From positions 8,251-72,250 of the IMG/VR virus record IMGVR_UViG_3300026088_000016: 64,000 nucleotides of DNA. One strand, given 5' to 3'. The stretch's first letter is position 1. The number at the start of each line of letters is the position of its first letter. Source of the DNA: a virus (taxonomy: Duplodnaviria; Caudoviricetes). A program made the translations under genes and the position numbers. Of the stretch, positions 38,260-48,356 are shown piece by piece. A model generated the notes under the pieces. The model saw nothing but the letters and a program-made list of their open reading frames with translations. It was not told the DNA's origin and searched no databases.

Positions 38260-39233
38260 GGGGCGTGTCTCTGTTCGTGATACGCCAGTTCAAAATCAGC
38301 CTTCACCATCATGTTCACCAGCTCGGGGAAGCTCACCGACGGCTTCCATTTCAGAATCCGCTTGGCGCGTGTCGGGTCTCCGAGCAGCAGGTCAACCTCC
38401 GTTGGACGGAGCAGGCGCTGGTCGAATTCCACAAACTCTTTCCAGTTCATGTCCATCGCCGAAAAGGCCAGCGACAGAAACTCCCGGACAGTGTGAGTCT
38501 CACCTGTGGCAATCACGTAGTCACCCGGCTTTTCCTGTTGCAGCATCAGGTGCATCGCCTTGACGTAGTCGCCGGCAAAGCCCCAGTCACGCTTCGCGTC
38601 CAGATTGCCGAGCACGAGCTTGTGCTGGAGCCCATACCAGATTCGGCCGACGGCGCGGGTGATTTTCCGCGTCACGAAGGTCTCTCCTCGGCGGGGAGAC
38701 TCGTGGTTGAAAAGAACCCCGTTGCTCGCGTGGAGCCCGTAGGCTTCGCGGTAGTTGACGGTGGAGTGATGGGCCAGCACCTTGGCGCACCCATACGGAC
38801 TGCGCGGGTAGAAGGGCGTCGTGATTTTCTGCGGCGTCTCCACCACCTTGCCGAACATCTCGGACGAGCCGGCCTGATAGTAGCGCGCGTCCGGGCAACA
38901 GGTCCGGACCAGCTCCAGCAACCGGACGGCGCCAAGCCCGGTGGCGTCGGACGTGTAAACCGGCTGGTCGAAGCTCACCCGGACGTGTGACTGCGCGGCG
39001 AGGTTGTAAATCTCGTGTGGCTTCACCTTCAGTAGCACTTGCGCCATCGCGGTGACGTCGAGCAGGTCGCAGTAGTGAAGAACGACTCGTTTGAAAATGT
39101 GGTCGATTCGCGACGTGTTGAAAGATGACGAGCGCCGGATGGTGCCGTGGACCTGATAGCCGAGTTTGAGCAGGTGCTCGGCGAGGTAAGAGCCGTCTTG
39201 GCCCGTGATTCCAGTGATGAGCGCTTTTTTCAT
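38256..39233 (-). CDS. gmd: GDP-mannose 4,6-dehydratase
   Basis: [51 protein letters not shown]. Confidence 0.97.
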   Translation of the reverse strand: MKKALITGITGQDGSYLAEHLLKLGYQVHGTIRRSSSFNTSRIDHIFKRVVLHYCDLLDVTAMAQVLLKVKPHEIYNLAAQSHVRVSFDQPVYTSDATGLGAVRLLELVRTCCPDARYYQAGSSEMFGKVVETPQKITTPFYPRSPYGCAKVLAHHSTVNYREAYGLHASNGVLFNHESPRRGETFVTRKITRAVGRIWYGLQHKLVLGNLDAKRDWGFAGDYVKAMHLMLQQEKPGDYVIATGETHTVREFLSLAFSAMDMNWKEFVEFDQRLLRPTEVDLLLGDPTRAKRILKWKPSVSFPELVNMMVKADFELAYHEQRHAP

Positions 39234-39679
39234 GTAATTTTTTCAAACTCTGAAATTGGGATGTCGAGAAGTTCTTCGATGTCAGTTGAGATGTTCCGGT
39301 CCAGACGGTCAAACCTCCCGCCCACCTTCCGGGGGAGGCTCTTGAACATCTCGGGGGTAATGGCGGTCACGTAAATCCCGTTATCGCACTTGATGGCGAA
39401 GACAAACTGGGCCCCCGCGGATTCTGCGGCGTGCAGACAATACCGGACTTTGTTCAGACTGAGGTGAATGGTCGCGTAATCCCCAAAAACCATTCGCCGG
39501 GTCTTCACCTCCACGACTGCCTCCACCTTCGGGGGCTCTCCGGGCCGGACAAGTGTGAAGTCGTAGGCACAATCCGGTCCGGCAAGGATAAATCCCAGCC
39601 CGTAGTGAACCGAGAGAGTCTGGGCCACGTCCTTTTCGTTCTCCCGGTCTCTCGGCCGGCACATTCTTGGGTCTCTCAT
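39230..39679 (-). CDS. PD-(D/E)xK nuclease-like protein
   Basis: YDF...VVEVKTR motif. Confidence 0.6.
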   Translation of the reverse strand: MRDPRMCRPRDRENEKDVAQTLSVHYGLGFILAGPDCAYDFTLVRPGEPPKVEAVVEVKTRRMVFGDYATIHLSLNKVRYCLHAAESAGAQFVFAIKCDNGIYVTAITPEMFKSLPRKVGGRFDRLDRNISTDIEELLDIPISEFEKIT

Positions 39680-41145
39680 ACGAAATGGCCGGGGATGTTG
39701 TAGGGGCGGTCAGCGACGACTTTGGCGAACTTCAATTCGATGTCATACGTTGCCGTCTTCCCGTAGCGCGGGTGAACGAGAAAGAAAACTTGCTTGGGGT
39801 CCACGGGAGAGAAACCGTTGGCCAGCCCGTAGCCGTCCACACCGGGAAAACCTCCATTAACGATAACCGCCCCGCGCGCATGGGGGAGAACAATCCCTCG
39901 GTGAAGATGCCCAACAAGATAGTAGTGTGGGCTCGAATCACCATCCTTGCCATATAGCTGGGAGTTGGCGGAGACCATTCGGCCAACAGCATGATTCGGA
40001 ATTCCCAACGCTCGGTCGCCTCCTCGAAGCTGGTCGCCGTGGCTGAGATGGAATTTGAACCCCTGAACCGAGAAGAGCGAGAAGGGTTGCTCGTCAAGAT
40101 TCCAGTGGACGGTTTGGATGTCGCGCGTGAGAGCTTGGGTGTAGGCATAGACGAAGGAGTCGAGGTTCGAGTAGCGATTGTCCGTCGGCATCTTGTGCTG
40201 GTTCATCCAGCGGGTGTGATTTCCAACGGTGCATTGAACGCGGATGGACGGCACCAACGGCGCCAGATTCCGGATGAACTGCGCGAACGCATGGCCGGCG
40301 CCGAACCATTGTTGGAAAAGAGTCGATTGCTGGCCGGCCTCGGTCGCGTGATTCAGCGCGCCGTGCAACATGTCGCCGCCCATCGCGATGACGAGCTCTG
40401 TGACTTCGGTGGTCGTGTGGTCACGCAGGATGCTCGTGACGGCCTCTTCGTAGAACTTCAGGCGTGCGAGGAATGTCTCGAAGTTGTATTCACCGAAGCC
40501 CATCGTCTGAGCCGGCAGAATCTCCTGCCCGACGTGCGTGTCCGAGAGAAAAAGGACAGCCGATTGTGACTTGCCCCGTCCGGGCGAGACCTTGACGACC
40601 GGCGGCAGCGCAGAATAGCTTTTCGGCGCGAGTTCCCGGGCGAGTTCAACCAGACGGTCAACAGCGGCTTGCTCTTTCAGCGCGCGTTCGTATTTCTTGT
40701 TCAGCGAGGTGAACTGGGCCTTCCAGAAGTCAGAGCCAACGCGCGCCTTGTCATCTTCGTAGGCCGGCGGAGGAGTGGAGCCGATAGGATAGACCGGCTT
40801 TCCGTTTATGTAGGTTACGAGTGACGCACCAGTAACGGACGAGATGCAGTCTCCAGCCCCCACCGGAAATGTCTTGCCCGGCTGGAAGGTCGCCGCGGCG
40901 GAGAGTTGGCCTCCAGCGGTAAACGGAGAAACCATTTCTCCCGGGGCTCCCGGAGGACCTTGGGGACCCGGTGGTCCCATGACCGGCTTGTTGACGACGA
41001 GACCCGCGATGGCAGCGGCGAGACGCTGGCGCTTTCCGCGGATAGCCGCTTCACTGCGGCCCGTCCGGATTGCGACTTCTTTATTCGAGAGACCGGGAGT
41101 TGCGAGGAGCGTCAACTCGGCGACTGTCCAAGGATTAGGGTTCAT
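39676..41145 (-). CDS. calcineurin-like metallophosphoesterase with N-terminal HTH
   Basis: SDTHVG, GGDMLHG, GNH, SHGD, GHLH motifs. Confidence 0.85.
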   Translation of the reverse strand: MNPNPWTVAELTLLATPGLSNKEVAIRTGRSEAAIRGKRQRLAAAIAGLVVNKPVMGPPGPQGPPGAPGEMVSPFTAGGQLSAAATFQPGKTFPVGAGDCISSVTGASLVTYINGKPVYPIGSTPPPAYEDDKARVGSDFWKAQFTSLNKKYERALKEQAAVDRLVELARELAPKSYSALPPVVKVSPGRGKSQSAVLFLSDTHVGQEILPAQTMGFGEYNFETFLARLKFYEEAVTSILRDHTTTEVTELVIAMGGDMLHGALNHATEAGQQSTLFQQWFGAGHAFAQFIRNLAPLVPSIRVQCTVGNHTRWMNQHKMPTDNRYSNLDSFVYAYTQALTRDIQTVHWNLDEQPFSLFSVQGFKFHLSHGDQLRGGDRALGIPNHAVGRMVSANSQLYGKDGDSSPHYYLVGHLHRGIVLPHARGAVIVNGGFPGVDGYGLANGFSPVDPKQVFFLVHPRYGKTATYDIELKFAKVVADRPYNIPGHFV

Positions 41146-41779
41146 TTTCTGGTGGGTTTTGTTTTTTGAAATCTTCGGGCGTCTCCGCGGGGTTCTCCGG
41201 CTCCGGGCGGTCCACAAAGTCTGCGATGATTCGGAACTGGTGCGCGGGGACGCGATGAAAAGCTGCGTCGAAATCGGCAAGCGCTGCGGCGGGTGTCCGG
41301 CCGCGGCCGACAATGTGCATCCCGGGCTCTTCCAGCTTGCCCCAGAAGGCGATGAAATACTGGTCCGCGTAGGTCGCGATAGTCGGCTTCAGGATGATAG
41401 ACGGCCGCTTGTGCATCTCCACCAATTCGAGATTCGCTTGGAGAAGCTGTTCCTGCTTCTTGTGTGCAGCCAGCATCGCCTTGTGGATGTCGCCTTGCTG
41501 GCTGAGAGACCAGCGAGGCACGTCCTCGACAATTGATTCCAGCCTCTCGCACGCCTTCATCAACGTGGTCTCAGCGGCGATTTCGTATTCTGGCTTCTGA
41601 GGGACCGAACCTTCCTCCGGGACTCGTTGGGTCACGATTCCGCGCATCGAGTTCACGATATGCAGCAGGATTCCGACTTGGTATGACGTGAGTTCCTCCC
41701 GGGTTGGAACGGAGAAGACGGGCTGCGGCGACGCACTCTCTAATCCCCCGCCGACGTTGTCTGAAGGTCTTCGATTCAT
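41135..41779 (-). CDS. hypothetical protein
   Basis: ORF in operon context. Confidence 0.55.
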   Translation of the reverse strand: MNRRPSDNVGGGLESASPQPVFSVPTREELTSYQVGILLHIVNSMRGIVTQRVPEEGSVPQKPEYEIAAETTLMKACERLESIVEDVPRWSLSQQGDIHKAMLAAHKKQEQLLQANLELVEMHKRPSIILKPTIATYADQYFIAFWGKLEEPGMHIVGRGRTPAAALADFDAAFHRVPAHQFRIIADFVDRPEPENPAETPEDFKKQNPPENEP

Positions 41780-42303
41780 TTTCTCAGCGTATGCTTCATC
41801 CAGTTCAACAAGTGTAACGCATCGACTGCGTTGTCGTCCAACTTTAGACCGGTGTTCTGGTCCACCACGAATCCCTTGCCCAGAGTGAACTGTGGATTCT
41901 TGCAGAGATAACGGGCCATGTCATCCTTTTCAGCGCGGCCCGAGCCGGTGGCGAATTTCTTCAGCGTTCCGACGGGACAGCATTCAACCTGACACTGAAA
42001 CTCATCACTCACGAGCCAGACCACCGCGCGCCACGTCGCCCACAGATGGGCTTGCTTGGAGGTGGACGCGAACTGCACGTCTTCAAAAACAATCCATTCG
42101 GGGGCGGAGTGACGACAAAGAAGTCGGACCCAGCGCAACATCCGCATGAACCGCATGTCGCAACGGCGGTCCATCCGCAGCTTGGCTTGATGCTTGATTT
42201 CCTTCGGAGTCGCCAGCAAAATGCTACCACACGAAAGCGGATAGCTGTCAACCTCCAGCGCGTAGCCGGTGGTCGTTCCAAGGTCAAGCGCGAGGATTCT
42301 CAT
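41776..42303 (-). CDS. RuvC-like Holliday junction resolvase
   Basis: LALDLGTTTG, VFEDV, KKFATGSGRAEK, DNAVDA. Confidence 0.88.
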   Translation of the reverse strand: MRILALDLGTTTGYALEVDSYPLSCGSILLATPKEIKHQAKLRMDRRCDMRFMRMLRWVRLLCRHSAPEWIVFEDVQFASTSKQAHLWATWRAVVWLVSDEFQCQVECCPVGTLKKFATGSGRAEKDDMARYLCKNPQFTLGKGFVVDQNTGLKLDDNAVDALHLLNWMKHTLRK

Positions 42304-42400
42304 TTGTCTCGATTGCAGTAGGCGTGCCAGATAACAGCCCGGATTGTTGCAAGGTCGCCGCCGATTCGGTTTGCGGCTTCGATAACCCAGTCAGGATAGT

Positions 42401-43042
42401 TCATCGTCGGTCCACTCCCTTTTTGTGAAGCGCTTTGCGGAGCTTGCCCAGCACCTCTTCGTGAATCTGGCGGACCCGTTCGCGCGTCATCTTCAGCCGG
42501 CGCCCGACTTCGGCCATGTTCAACCCCTCCTCATACATGAGGGACAGCACGAGTTGCTCGCGCTCTGAGAGCCCGGCCTTTCCGGATTCCAGAAGCCCGT
42601 GGATGTAGTCGGCGAAGTCAGTTTCCTCGGTCGGATGCTCCACACTGGTCTCAACCCCCGGGGAGGCGATGGAGATGAGCGGCATTTCTGGTGTCTCCGG
42701 GAGCGGCACAAAGCGGGCGGAGTCGCGCCACATCTTCGAGATGGCGCCGCGGATGAAGGGCCGCAGGTAGCTCGTGAACCGGTTGCCGCGCGTAGCATCG
42801 AATTGCTTGCGGTCCACGGCCTGAATCAGCGCCTCGTTGGCGGCGGAGACAACCTCGTCGTCGGGAAAACGGCCCCCGGCGCACTTCCGGGCCACGATGG
42901 CAACGAAAAGCAGGTGATGCTTGATGATGGTGTCGCGCGCGGCTTCGTCGCCGGCCTGCATTTTTCGGAAGAGTTCCTGTTCTTCCTCCCGCGTCGATTT
43001 AACGAATCGCAGGTTGGTGTTCACTGAGTAGTAGTTGCTCAT
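42401..43042 (-). CDS. sigma70-family RNA polymerase sigma factor
   Basis: Region 2 ALIQAV..FD.TRGNRFTSY..PFIRGAI; region 4 LSEREQ...MTRERVRQI. Confidence 0.9.
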   Translation of the reverse strand: MSNYYSVNTNLRFVKSTREEEQELFRKMQAGDEAARDTIIKHHLLFVAIVARKCAGGRFPDDEVVSAANEALIQAVDRKQFDATRGNRFTSYLRPFIRGAISKMWRDSARFVPLPETPEMPLISIASPGVETSVEHPTEETDFADYIHGLLESGKAGLSEREQLVLSLMYEEGLNMAEVGRRLKMTRERVRQIHEEVLGKLRKALHKKGVDRR

Positions 43043-43158
43043 TTCAATCGTTTCCTTCGTTCTTCAAGTTCTTTCCAACGGCGGTCTAGGTCCCGTTGCC
43101 ACGGCTCGAATACTACCCACCAAAGAAAGCCGAAGGACACCACAAACCAGAGAATCAT
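43039..43158 (-). CDS. 39-aa single-TM peptide
   Basis: MILWFVVSFGFLWWVVFEPWQRDLDRRW...; ATGA-coupled to sigma gene. Confidence 0.5.
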   Translation of the reverse strand: MILWFVVSFGFLWWVVFEPWQRDLDRRWKELEERRKRLK

Positions 43159-43175
43159 CAGAAAGAATAGCGTAT

Positions 43176-45434
43176 TCATTTCTGTTCAAAGTTTGCGTTG
43201 CCCTGCGGCGGGGGATTCCGGCGCTTGAAGTGGTGGTCCCGCTCGATAATCCAGATGCGCTCGAAGTCAGAGTCGTCGATAGTCACCTTCAGCATCCCTT
43301 TAGCCTGAATCTGGGCGAGGAACCGGCCAAATTGCTCCTGACGGTAGCCGCGGAGCAGCTCCGCGAAGCTCGGGTCTTTCGACATCGCGATGCGCAAGTC
43401 TGTGCTCGTGCCTTGCCACGTCTTGGCGGTCGCGTTCGATGTGAAGAAATCCTCCCGGAGCCATTTCACCAGCAGCTCGAAAAATCCGTTCACCGGAGTC
43501 GATTGGTTCGCCGCGCGGAGCAGGGTCGGTTCGCAGTAGGAGTTCATGCCCCAGCGGGCGACTGAGCCCTTGGTGACAGATTCCGGCGGGACAAATTCGA
43601 GCAGCCACGCGAGGAGATACGGCATCTCGCGCTCCACGATGAGAGTCATCTCGTTTTTCGGCGCGAACACAAACGGGCTGTCCGGGTTCATCCGGAAGAT
43701 GAGCAGCTTGTCCCGGCTGTTCATGTCCAGATTCGGGATGTTGCGCAGGCTCTCGGGGTCGTCGTTACAAGTGAGAATGATTTGATGCTCCCACGGGACC
43801 ATGCCGGCCTTGCGGAACTTCTCGTTGACACGGTGCTCCGGGTTCGCGAGAGACTGCTTGAGTTTCTCCGAGAAAATCCGGTGGACCATGTCAGAGGAAA
43901 GGCTCGTCCCGTCGTCCACGCACCAGACCGCCACTTGAAAGAGCTCCGAGTTGAATCCGTCGGAGCCGGAGAAATAAGCTCCGGCCTCGGCGAATCCCCC
44001 AAGGGCATATCCCACGACCGCGCGGGACAAGAATGTTTTCCCCTTCCCGGCGGGACCGCAGAAGATGACGCCGAGCCCTTGCTCAGGCTTCCGATTCAGG
44101 CAACCGCGGTAAGCCCGCTGAAAGCGAGTGAGAAAGAGCGGGAGCTGTTCCGCATTGGTGAACGCCGAGTCGAGGAAAGACGAGAGGACCGGGAATTTTC
44201 CGTTCGGGCCCCACTCGGATTTTTCCGTCGCCGGCTTGATGGCATCCCGGGAGTGAAGATTCAGGATGAGCTCGCCCTGATACTGAATGAGCCCCTTGGG
44301 GTAGAACGCGCAGCTCTGCGCACACTGCACGCGATTGTTCATCGCGATGAAATTGAGCGCGCGGTCCACTTCCGACGGCTCGGCGCCCTTGGTCTTGGTC
44401 GAAAGACCGTGGCTGACGTTCAGGAAACGGCGAATGTGGTCCTGCACGGCGTCCTGCCACTTCCCGGTAAGGTCCTTGTAGAAGTAGCGCTGGCCGTCGT
44501 AGAAAATCTCCTTTACGGCGTCGCCGAGCCGGGTGTTCTCGACTTGCTCGACGAACTCCGCGCCGACGATTTCTGCCCACGAGAAAAAGCTCTTGGAAGC
44601 GTGCGCGGCGAAGGTGTGCATTCCGGTCTCGCGCACAATGGCCGACTTGGGAGACTCAGAGCCCGGGACCCAGAATGAGGGCCCTTGAGCGGACACCGAG
44701 AACTCGCCTTCCCAGCCGGAGAACCGCGGGTAGCGCTTGACGCACTCCTCGCGAATCTTGTTCATGTCCGCGGCCTTGCCGAGCTCCTTGCGGGCCCAGT
44801 TATACCTTTCGGAGAACTTCATCACGAACCCAGTCATCTCAGACTCGGGGATGACGTAGTCGGAGAGCTTGGTCCACCGCGCGCCGTTGGTGTAGCAGCG
44901 GCTGATGGTGGTGAGGGCGCCCTTGTCGATGCCGGGGAGCATGTTCAGGGGCAGGAAATCAAACCATTTTTCTTGAAGCTGTTTGCAGAAGTGCGCGCAG
45001 GGAAATTTGATGGGCGTCTGGAGCATCCAGAGGAACCGGCCGTTGCCCGAGAGAGTTTGCTCGAACCACATCGGCTTCCGGTCGCCCATGTAGGTCACGT
45101 ATTTCTTCGCTTCGTCGAGCGACATCGACACGTCGCAGTCGATGGGAATCGTCCACTGGCTGTGCGGGGGATTCGCGTCTTCTCCGTCGCCGCAGGAAAT
45201 TCTCAGTCTAGGATTTATTCCCTCAAAAGGGGAATAGACGTGATACTTGGTGTCGGGGAGGTTAATCCACGCATCCCGGGCCGCTTTATCGGTAAAACAC
45301 TTCTGAGGGACCAGAACCAGTTTGTCTTCATTCCACTCCCACGGAAGACAACCCTCCACCAGTTCAGTCGTGGAGAGGCGTTGAAGGTGCAGAAACATCG
45401 GAGTAAAGATGTAGGAGTCAGTCGGTTTTGTCAA
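43176..45434 (-). CDS. primase-helicase (N-terminal primase-like, C-terminal SF3/D5-like ATPase)
   Basis: IDCD and QTLSGNG primase-like motifs; Walker A GPAGKGKT; Walker B CVDD; motif C LTCN. Confidence 0.82.
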   Translation of the reverse strand: MTKPTDSYIFTPMFLHLQRLSTTELVEGCLPWEWNEDKLVLVPQKCFTDKAARDAWINLPDTKYHVYSPFEGINPRLRISCGDGEDANPPHSQWTIPIDCDVSMSLDEAKKYVTYMGDRKPMWFEQTLSGNGRFLWMLQTPIKFPCAHFCKQLQEKWFDFLPLNMLPGIDKGALTTISRCYTNGARWTKLSDYVIPESEMTGFVMKFSERYNWARKELGKAADMNKIREECVKRYPRFSGWEGEFSVSAQGPSFWVPGSESPKSAIVRETGMHTFAAHASKSFFSWAEIVGAEFVEQVENTRLGDAVKEIFYDGQRYFYKDLTGKWQDAVQDHIRRFLNVSHGLSTKTKGAEPSEVDRALNFIAMNNRVQCAQSCAFYPKGLIQYQGELILNLHSRDAIKPATEKSEWGPNGKFPVLSSFLDSAFTNAEQLPLFLTRFQRAYRGCLNRKPEQGLGVIFCGPAGKGKTFLSRAVVGYALGGFAEAGAYFSGSDGFNSELFQVAVWCVDDGTSLSSDMVHRIFSEKLKQSLANPEHRVNEKFRKAGMVPWEHQIILTCNDDPESLRNIPNLDMNSRDKLLIFRMNPDSPFVFAPKNEMTLIVEREMPYLLAWLLEFVPPESVTKGSVARWGMNSYCEPTLLRAANQSTPVNGFFELLVKWLREDFFTSNATAKTWQGTSTDLRIAMSKDPSFAELLRGYRQEQFGRFLAQIQAKGMLKVTIDDSDFERIWIIERDHHFKRRNPPPQGNANFEQK

Positions 45435-45717
45435 CCGATGGTTTGGGGATGAGCGCTCTCAACCGGGCGTTTCTCTCGCTCACCCGCCGATTGCACTCAT
45501 CGTCTCGCTCCTTCGGGCCCGAGGTGTATCCGGTATCAAAGGTGCAACCTCCGTTCCCACACTGGGGGCAATGGGCAAAAAAGATTGACCCTCCTCCGTT
45601 ATTAGAGCACCGTTGAGCCTCGTGCTCGCCGAAGGTGAACACGCATTCACAATTGGGGCACTCAGAAATCATCTCCTCCTTGTCCGGGGTCTTCAGTCCT
45701 ACTCGAATGATTTTCAT
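45418..45717 (-). CDS. small CxxC protein
   Basis: CPNC...CPQC. Confidence 0.55.
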   Translation of the reverse strand: MKIIRVGLKTPDKEEMISECPNCECVFTFGEHEAQRCSNNGGGSIFFAHCPQCGNGGCTFDTGYTSGPKERDDECNRRVSERNARLRALIPKPSVDKTD

Positions 45718-47762
45718 TTTCGGTAATGGGGGACTACGTTCGCTTCCGCGTCCACTGGGAGCCCGGGCATATACTCGGGCGTCTGGCTCATCACATGGCG
45801 GACGTCTTCCGCGGTGACGGACAGGTCGGCCTCGTTGACGGCTTCGTCGTGGACGTTCCAGAGCGGGTCAATTCCTTGGTCGTCGAGCGCGAGCAACTGG
45901 TCAGCGAAGATGTCGCGCGCCGTGGCCTGCACAAGATTTTCCGTGAGCTTCCCGCCGTAGAGATTTTCCCGGATGACTGCATTCTTCTTCGGGTTGAAAA
46001 CGTCCGCGGTGTAGCAGCGCTTGAAAATGTATCGAGCCGGATTATCGGGGTCAACGGTGGCCTTGCGCTCGCAGCGGACGTTCGGGTATCGGAGCTCCCG
46101 GCCGGAAGGCAGAGTGATGGTAAAGTCCCCGCCCTCGCTGTCCCGGAATGCTTGGTCCAGCCGGCGCCAGATGCCCGGGCTGTCCGGGTCGTTGCTCGCG
46201 ATGAGGGGATTCTGTTCGCGATACTCCTTCACGATTCGCTTGGAGTTGGAACCGTATCCCGGGAGCATCTTCGGGGACCCGTCGGTGTTGTAGCAGAGAT
46301 TCCCGTCTTGATTGGTGGCGTGAATCTCTTCGGGGTCATCGACCGTGATGTCGATGCCGGCCATGTCGTAGGCGACGGTGATGAACTTTTCCCAGCCGCA
46401 GCCGTAGCCCAGCCCGAGAACGCGCGCCTTGGCCAGCGCATACAGGTCCTTGTTCTCCTTCTTCAGCATTCCGCCGGTCCAGCCCATCGTCGCCCGGGCG
46501 TGAGCTTCGTAGGGTGACTGGCCGCGGGACATCATCTCCAGCATCGCCTTATCCTTGACCAGCCACGCGAGGACGCGCGGCTCAATCTGCGACAAGTCCG
46601 AGATAATCATCTGCCGGCCGGGCCGCGCAGTGAAAAGGGCCCGGATGTCGAGCGAGCACTGGACCCAGTCAGGAGCGACGCCAAATCGTTCCAGCCCCTT
46701 GTTGATGTCAATCAACCTCACCGGGTCAGTCACGAGCCATCCGTCGTTGTCACAATAGAGCGGCTCCTTGCGCATGTTCTGCATGTTGAACCCACCGGAG
46801 CCGGACCAGCGTCCGGTGTGCGCGCCGAAGTAAAGCAAATCGAACGGGAAGCAGCCGTCCTCATAGAGCCGGGCCCGGAGTGTTTCCAGTGTCGTGATGA
46901 ACTTGTTAATGACCCGGTAGTCGGTGTAGGCTTTCACCCACTGATGCTTGGGCGCGTATTCAGCCGCCCACAGGTCATACGCTTCCTCACCGTCGCGTGT
47001 CTTGACCGGCGGCGGGGGAATGTTCACCATCCGGCACTGCGCGGCCACGGCAATCGGGCTCGTCGGCTTCTTGCCCTCTTTCATCCACGGGAGAACGGAC
47101 TCAGCCTGCACAAGCATCTTGCAGGCGACGGAGTAGAACTGTTCCAGCTTGACGGTGTCAATCTGCGCGCCGCGTCGGCACTGCCGGATGGTCAGCTCGG
47201 AGATGCGCCGCTCCCGCGTCGGCCAGAGATGCGAAAACTCGTTCCAGATTCTCCAGCAGTAAATGGCGTCCTGCTTGGCGTATTCGGTCATCGACTTCCC
47301 GCCGTCTTCGGCCGAGAGCATCTCCCACGTTTTGCCGTCGGCGTCGCCGCGGACCGACTTGTCGAGCTTGACACCGAAAAGGAACTCCGCGGCCCGGCCC
47401 AAGTCGCGCCGGCTGCAAACGTAGGTTGAGAGGTTCGCCGTGCAGTGCCACTCGGGAATCTTCAGGCGAGGCGCCTGCCCACGCTTGACGAGCTCCTCGT
47501 AAACAGAACTATCGAATGCGGCGTTGTGCGAAAGAAGAACTTGGCCGTCGAGCGCGTCCCAGTTGAAACGGTTACGGTGCCCGGCCCATGCGGTTTCACC
47601 ATCGTAAACTGAGATGAAGTAGGCGTCGAAACGGGGGTCCCGGACGTAGCGCTGCATTCCTTGCTGCTTGATGCCGAGACCCTCTTTCTTGTTGTAGTAG
47701 GTTTCAAAGTCTAATGAAGTTGGCACCCGGGAGCATAACACCCCCGGGTGCCCGAAGTCCAC
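45714..47762 (-). CDS. polA: family A DNA polymerase with 3'-5' exonuclease
   Basis: DFET, HNAAFD, YAKQD exonuclease motifs; TGRWS, DLSQIE, KARVLGLGYG, VHDE. Confidence 0.95.
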   Translation of the reverse strand: MDFGHPGVLCSRVPTSLDFETYYNKKEGLGIKQQGMQRYVRDPRFDAYFISVYDGETAWAGHRNRFNWDALDGQVLLSHNAAFDSSVYEELVKRGQAPRLKIPEWHCTANLSTYVCSRRDLGRAAEFLFGVKLDKSVRGDADGKTWEMLSAEDGGKSMTEYAKQDAIYCWRIWNEFSHLWPTRERRISELTIRQCRRGAQIDTVKLEQFYSVACKMLVQAESVLPWMKEGKKPTSPIAVAAQCRMVNIPPPPVKTRDGEEAYDLWAAEYAPKHQWVKAYTDYRVINKFITTLETLRARLYEDGCFPFDLLYFGAHTGRWSGSGGFNMQNMRKEPLYCDNDGWLVTDPVRLIDINKGLERFGVAPDWVQCSLDIRALFTARPGRQMIISDLSQIEPRVLAWLVKDKAMLEMMSRGQSPYEAHARATMGWTGGMLKKENKDLYALAKARVLGLGYGCGWEKFITVAYDMAGIDITVDDPEEIHATNQDGNLCYNTDGSPKMLPGYGSNSKRIVKEYREQNPLIASNDPDSPGIWRRLDQAFRDSEGGDFTITLPSGRELRYPNVRCERKATVDPDNPARYIFKRCYTADVFNPKKNAVIRENLYGGKLTENLVQATARDIFADQLLALDDQGIDPLWNVHDEAVNEADLSVTAEDVRHVMSQTPEYMPGLPVDAEANVVPHYRK

Positions 47763-47764
47763 CG

Positions 47765-48097
47765 TTAGGTCTTGAGAGTGCAGCCGATGGACGGATGCCG
47801 CATGACTTTGGACTGAACGATGACGAGAGCTCGAAAAGCCAGCTTCTCTTTGAAGTGCTGGAGCGCGGTCCCGGTGATAAGAACGTCATGGTCAGGGTCC
47901 GGGATAACCACGTCCGAGGAAGGTCCCCCCGCAGTTTGGCGGATGACCGCCTCCACCTCGGCTTCGATTTGGTCAAGGAAATCTTCCCCGACGCGGGTGA
48001 ACTTGCCGGCGCGGCGTTCCTTGCTGACTTTCAGCGCGTAGGCTTTGACGGCGCTGCGGTTGATTACCGACTGGGTTCTGGTGATTGTGGTTTCCAT
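47765..48097 (-). CDS. possible histone-fold protein
   Basis: SAVKAYA...RVGEDFLDQIEAEVEAVIR...RHPSIGCTLK resembles prokaryotic histone pattern. Confidence 0.5.
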   Translation of the reverse strand: METTITRTQSVINRSAVKAYALKVSKERRAGKFTRVGEDFLDQIEAEVEAVIRQTAGGPSSDVVIPDPDHDVLITGTALQHFKEKLAFRALVIVQSKVMRHPSIGCTLKT

Positions 48098-48101
48098 TTT
48101 T

Positions 48102-48356
48102 TCAGAGTTCTCCCGTGGTTGAGGTTTGTTCGGCGACGAGCTCGTCAATCCGGCGCGAGGCGTGCCAGCCTTCCCGCCAGAGCGGACGGGACCGGGAGTG
48201 CAGGTCGCAGGATTCCACCGGGAGCCCGGCGTCGTGTGCGTTGAACCCCGTCTCCCAAGACTGATATTTCGAGAGCATGGAGGCGTCGAGGGGTATCGGG
48301 TCCGCAGGAAGTTTTCCTTCCCGGGCCCGCCGTAGTAGCATGTTCAGTATGTTCAT
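48102..48356 (-). CDS. small protein with RMF-like motif
   Basis: WETGFNAHDAG...C......WREGW. Confidence 0.45.
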   Translation of the reverse strand: MNILNMLLRRAREGKLPADPIPLDASMLSKYQSWETGFNAHDAGLPVESCDLHSRSRPLWREGWHASRRIDELVAEQTSTTGEL

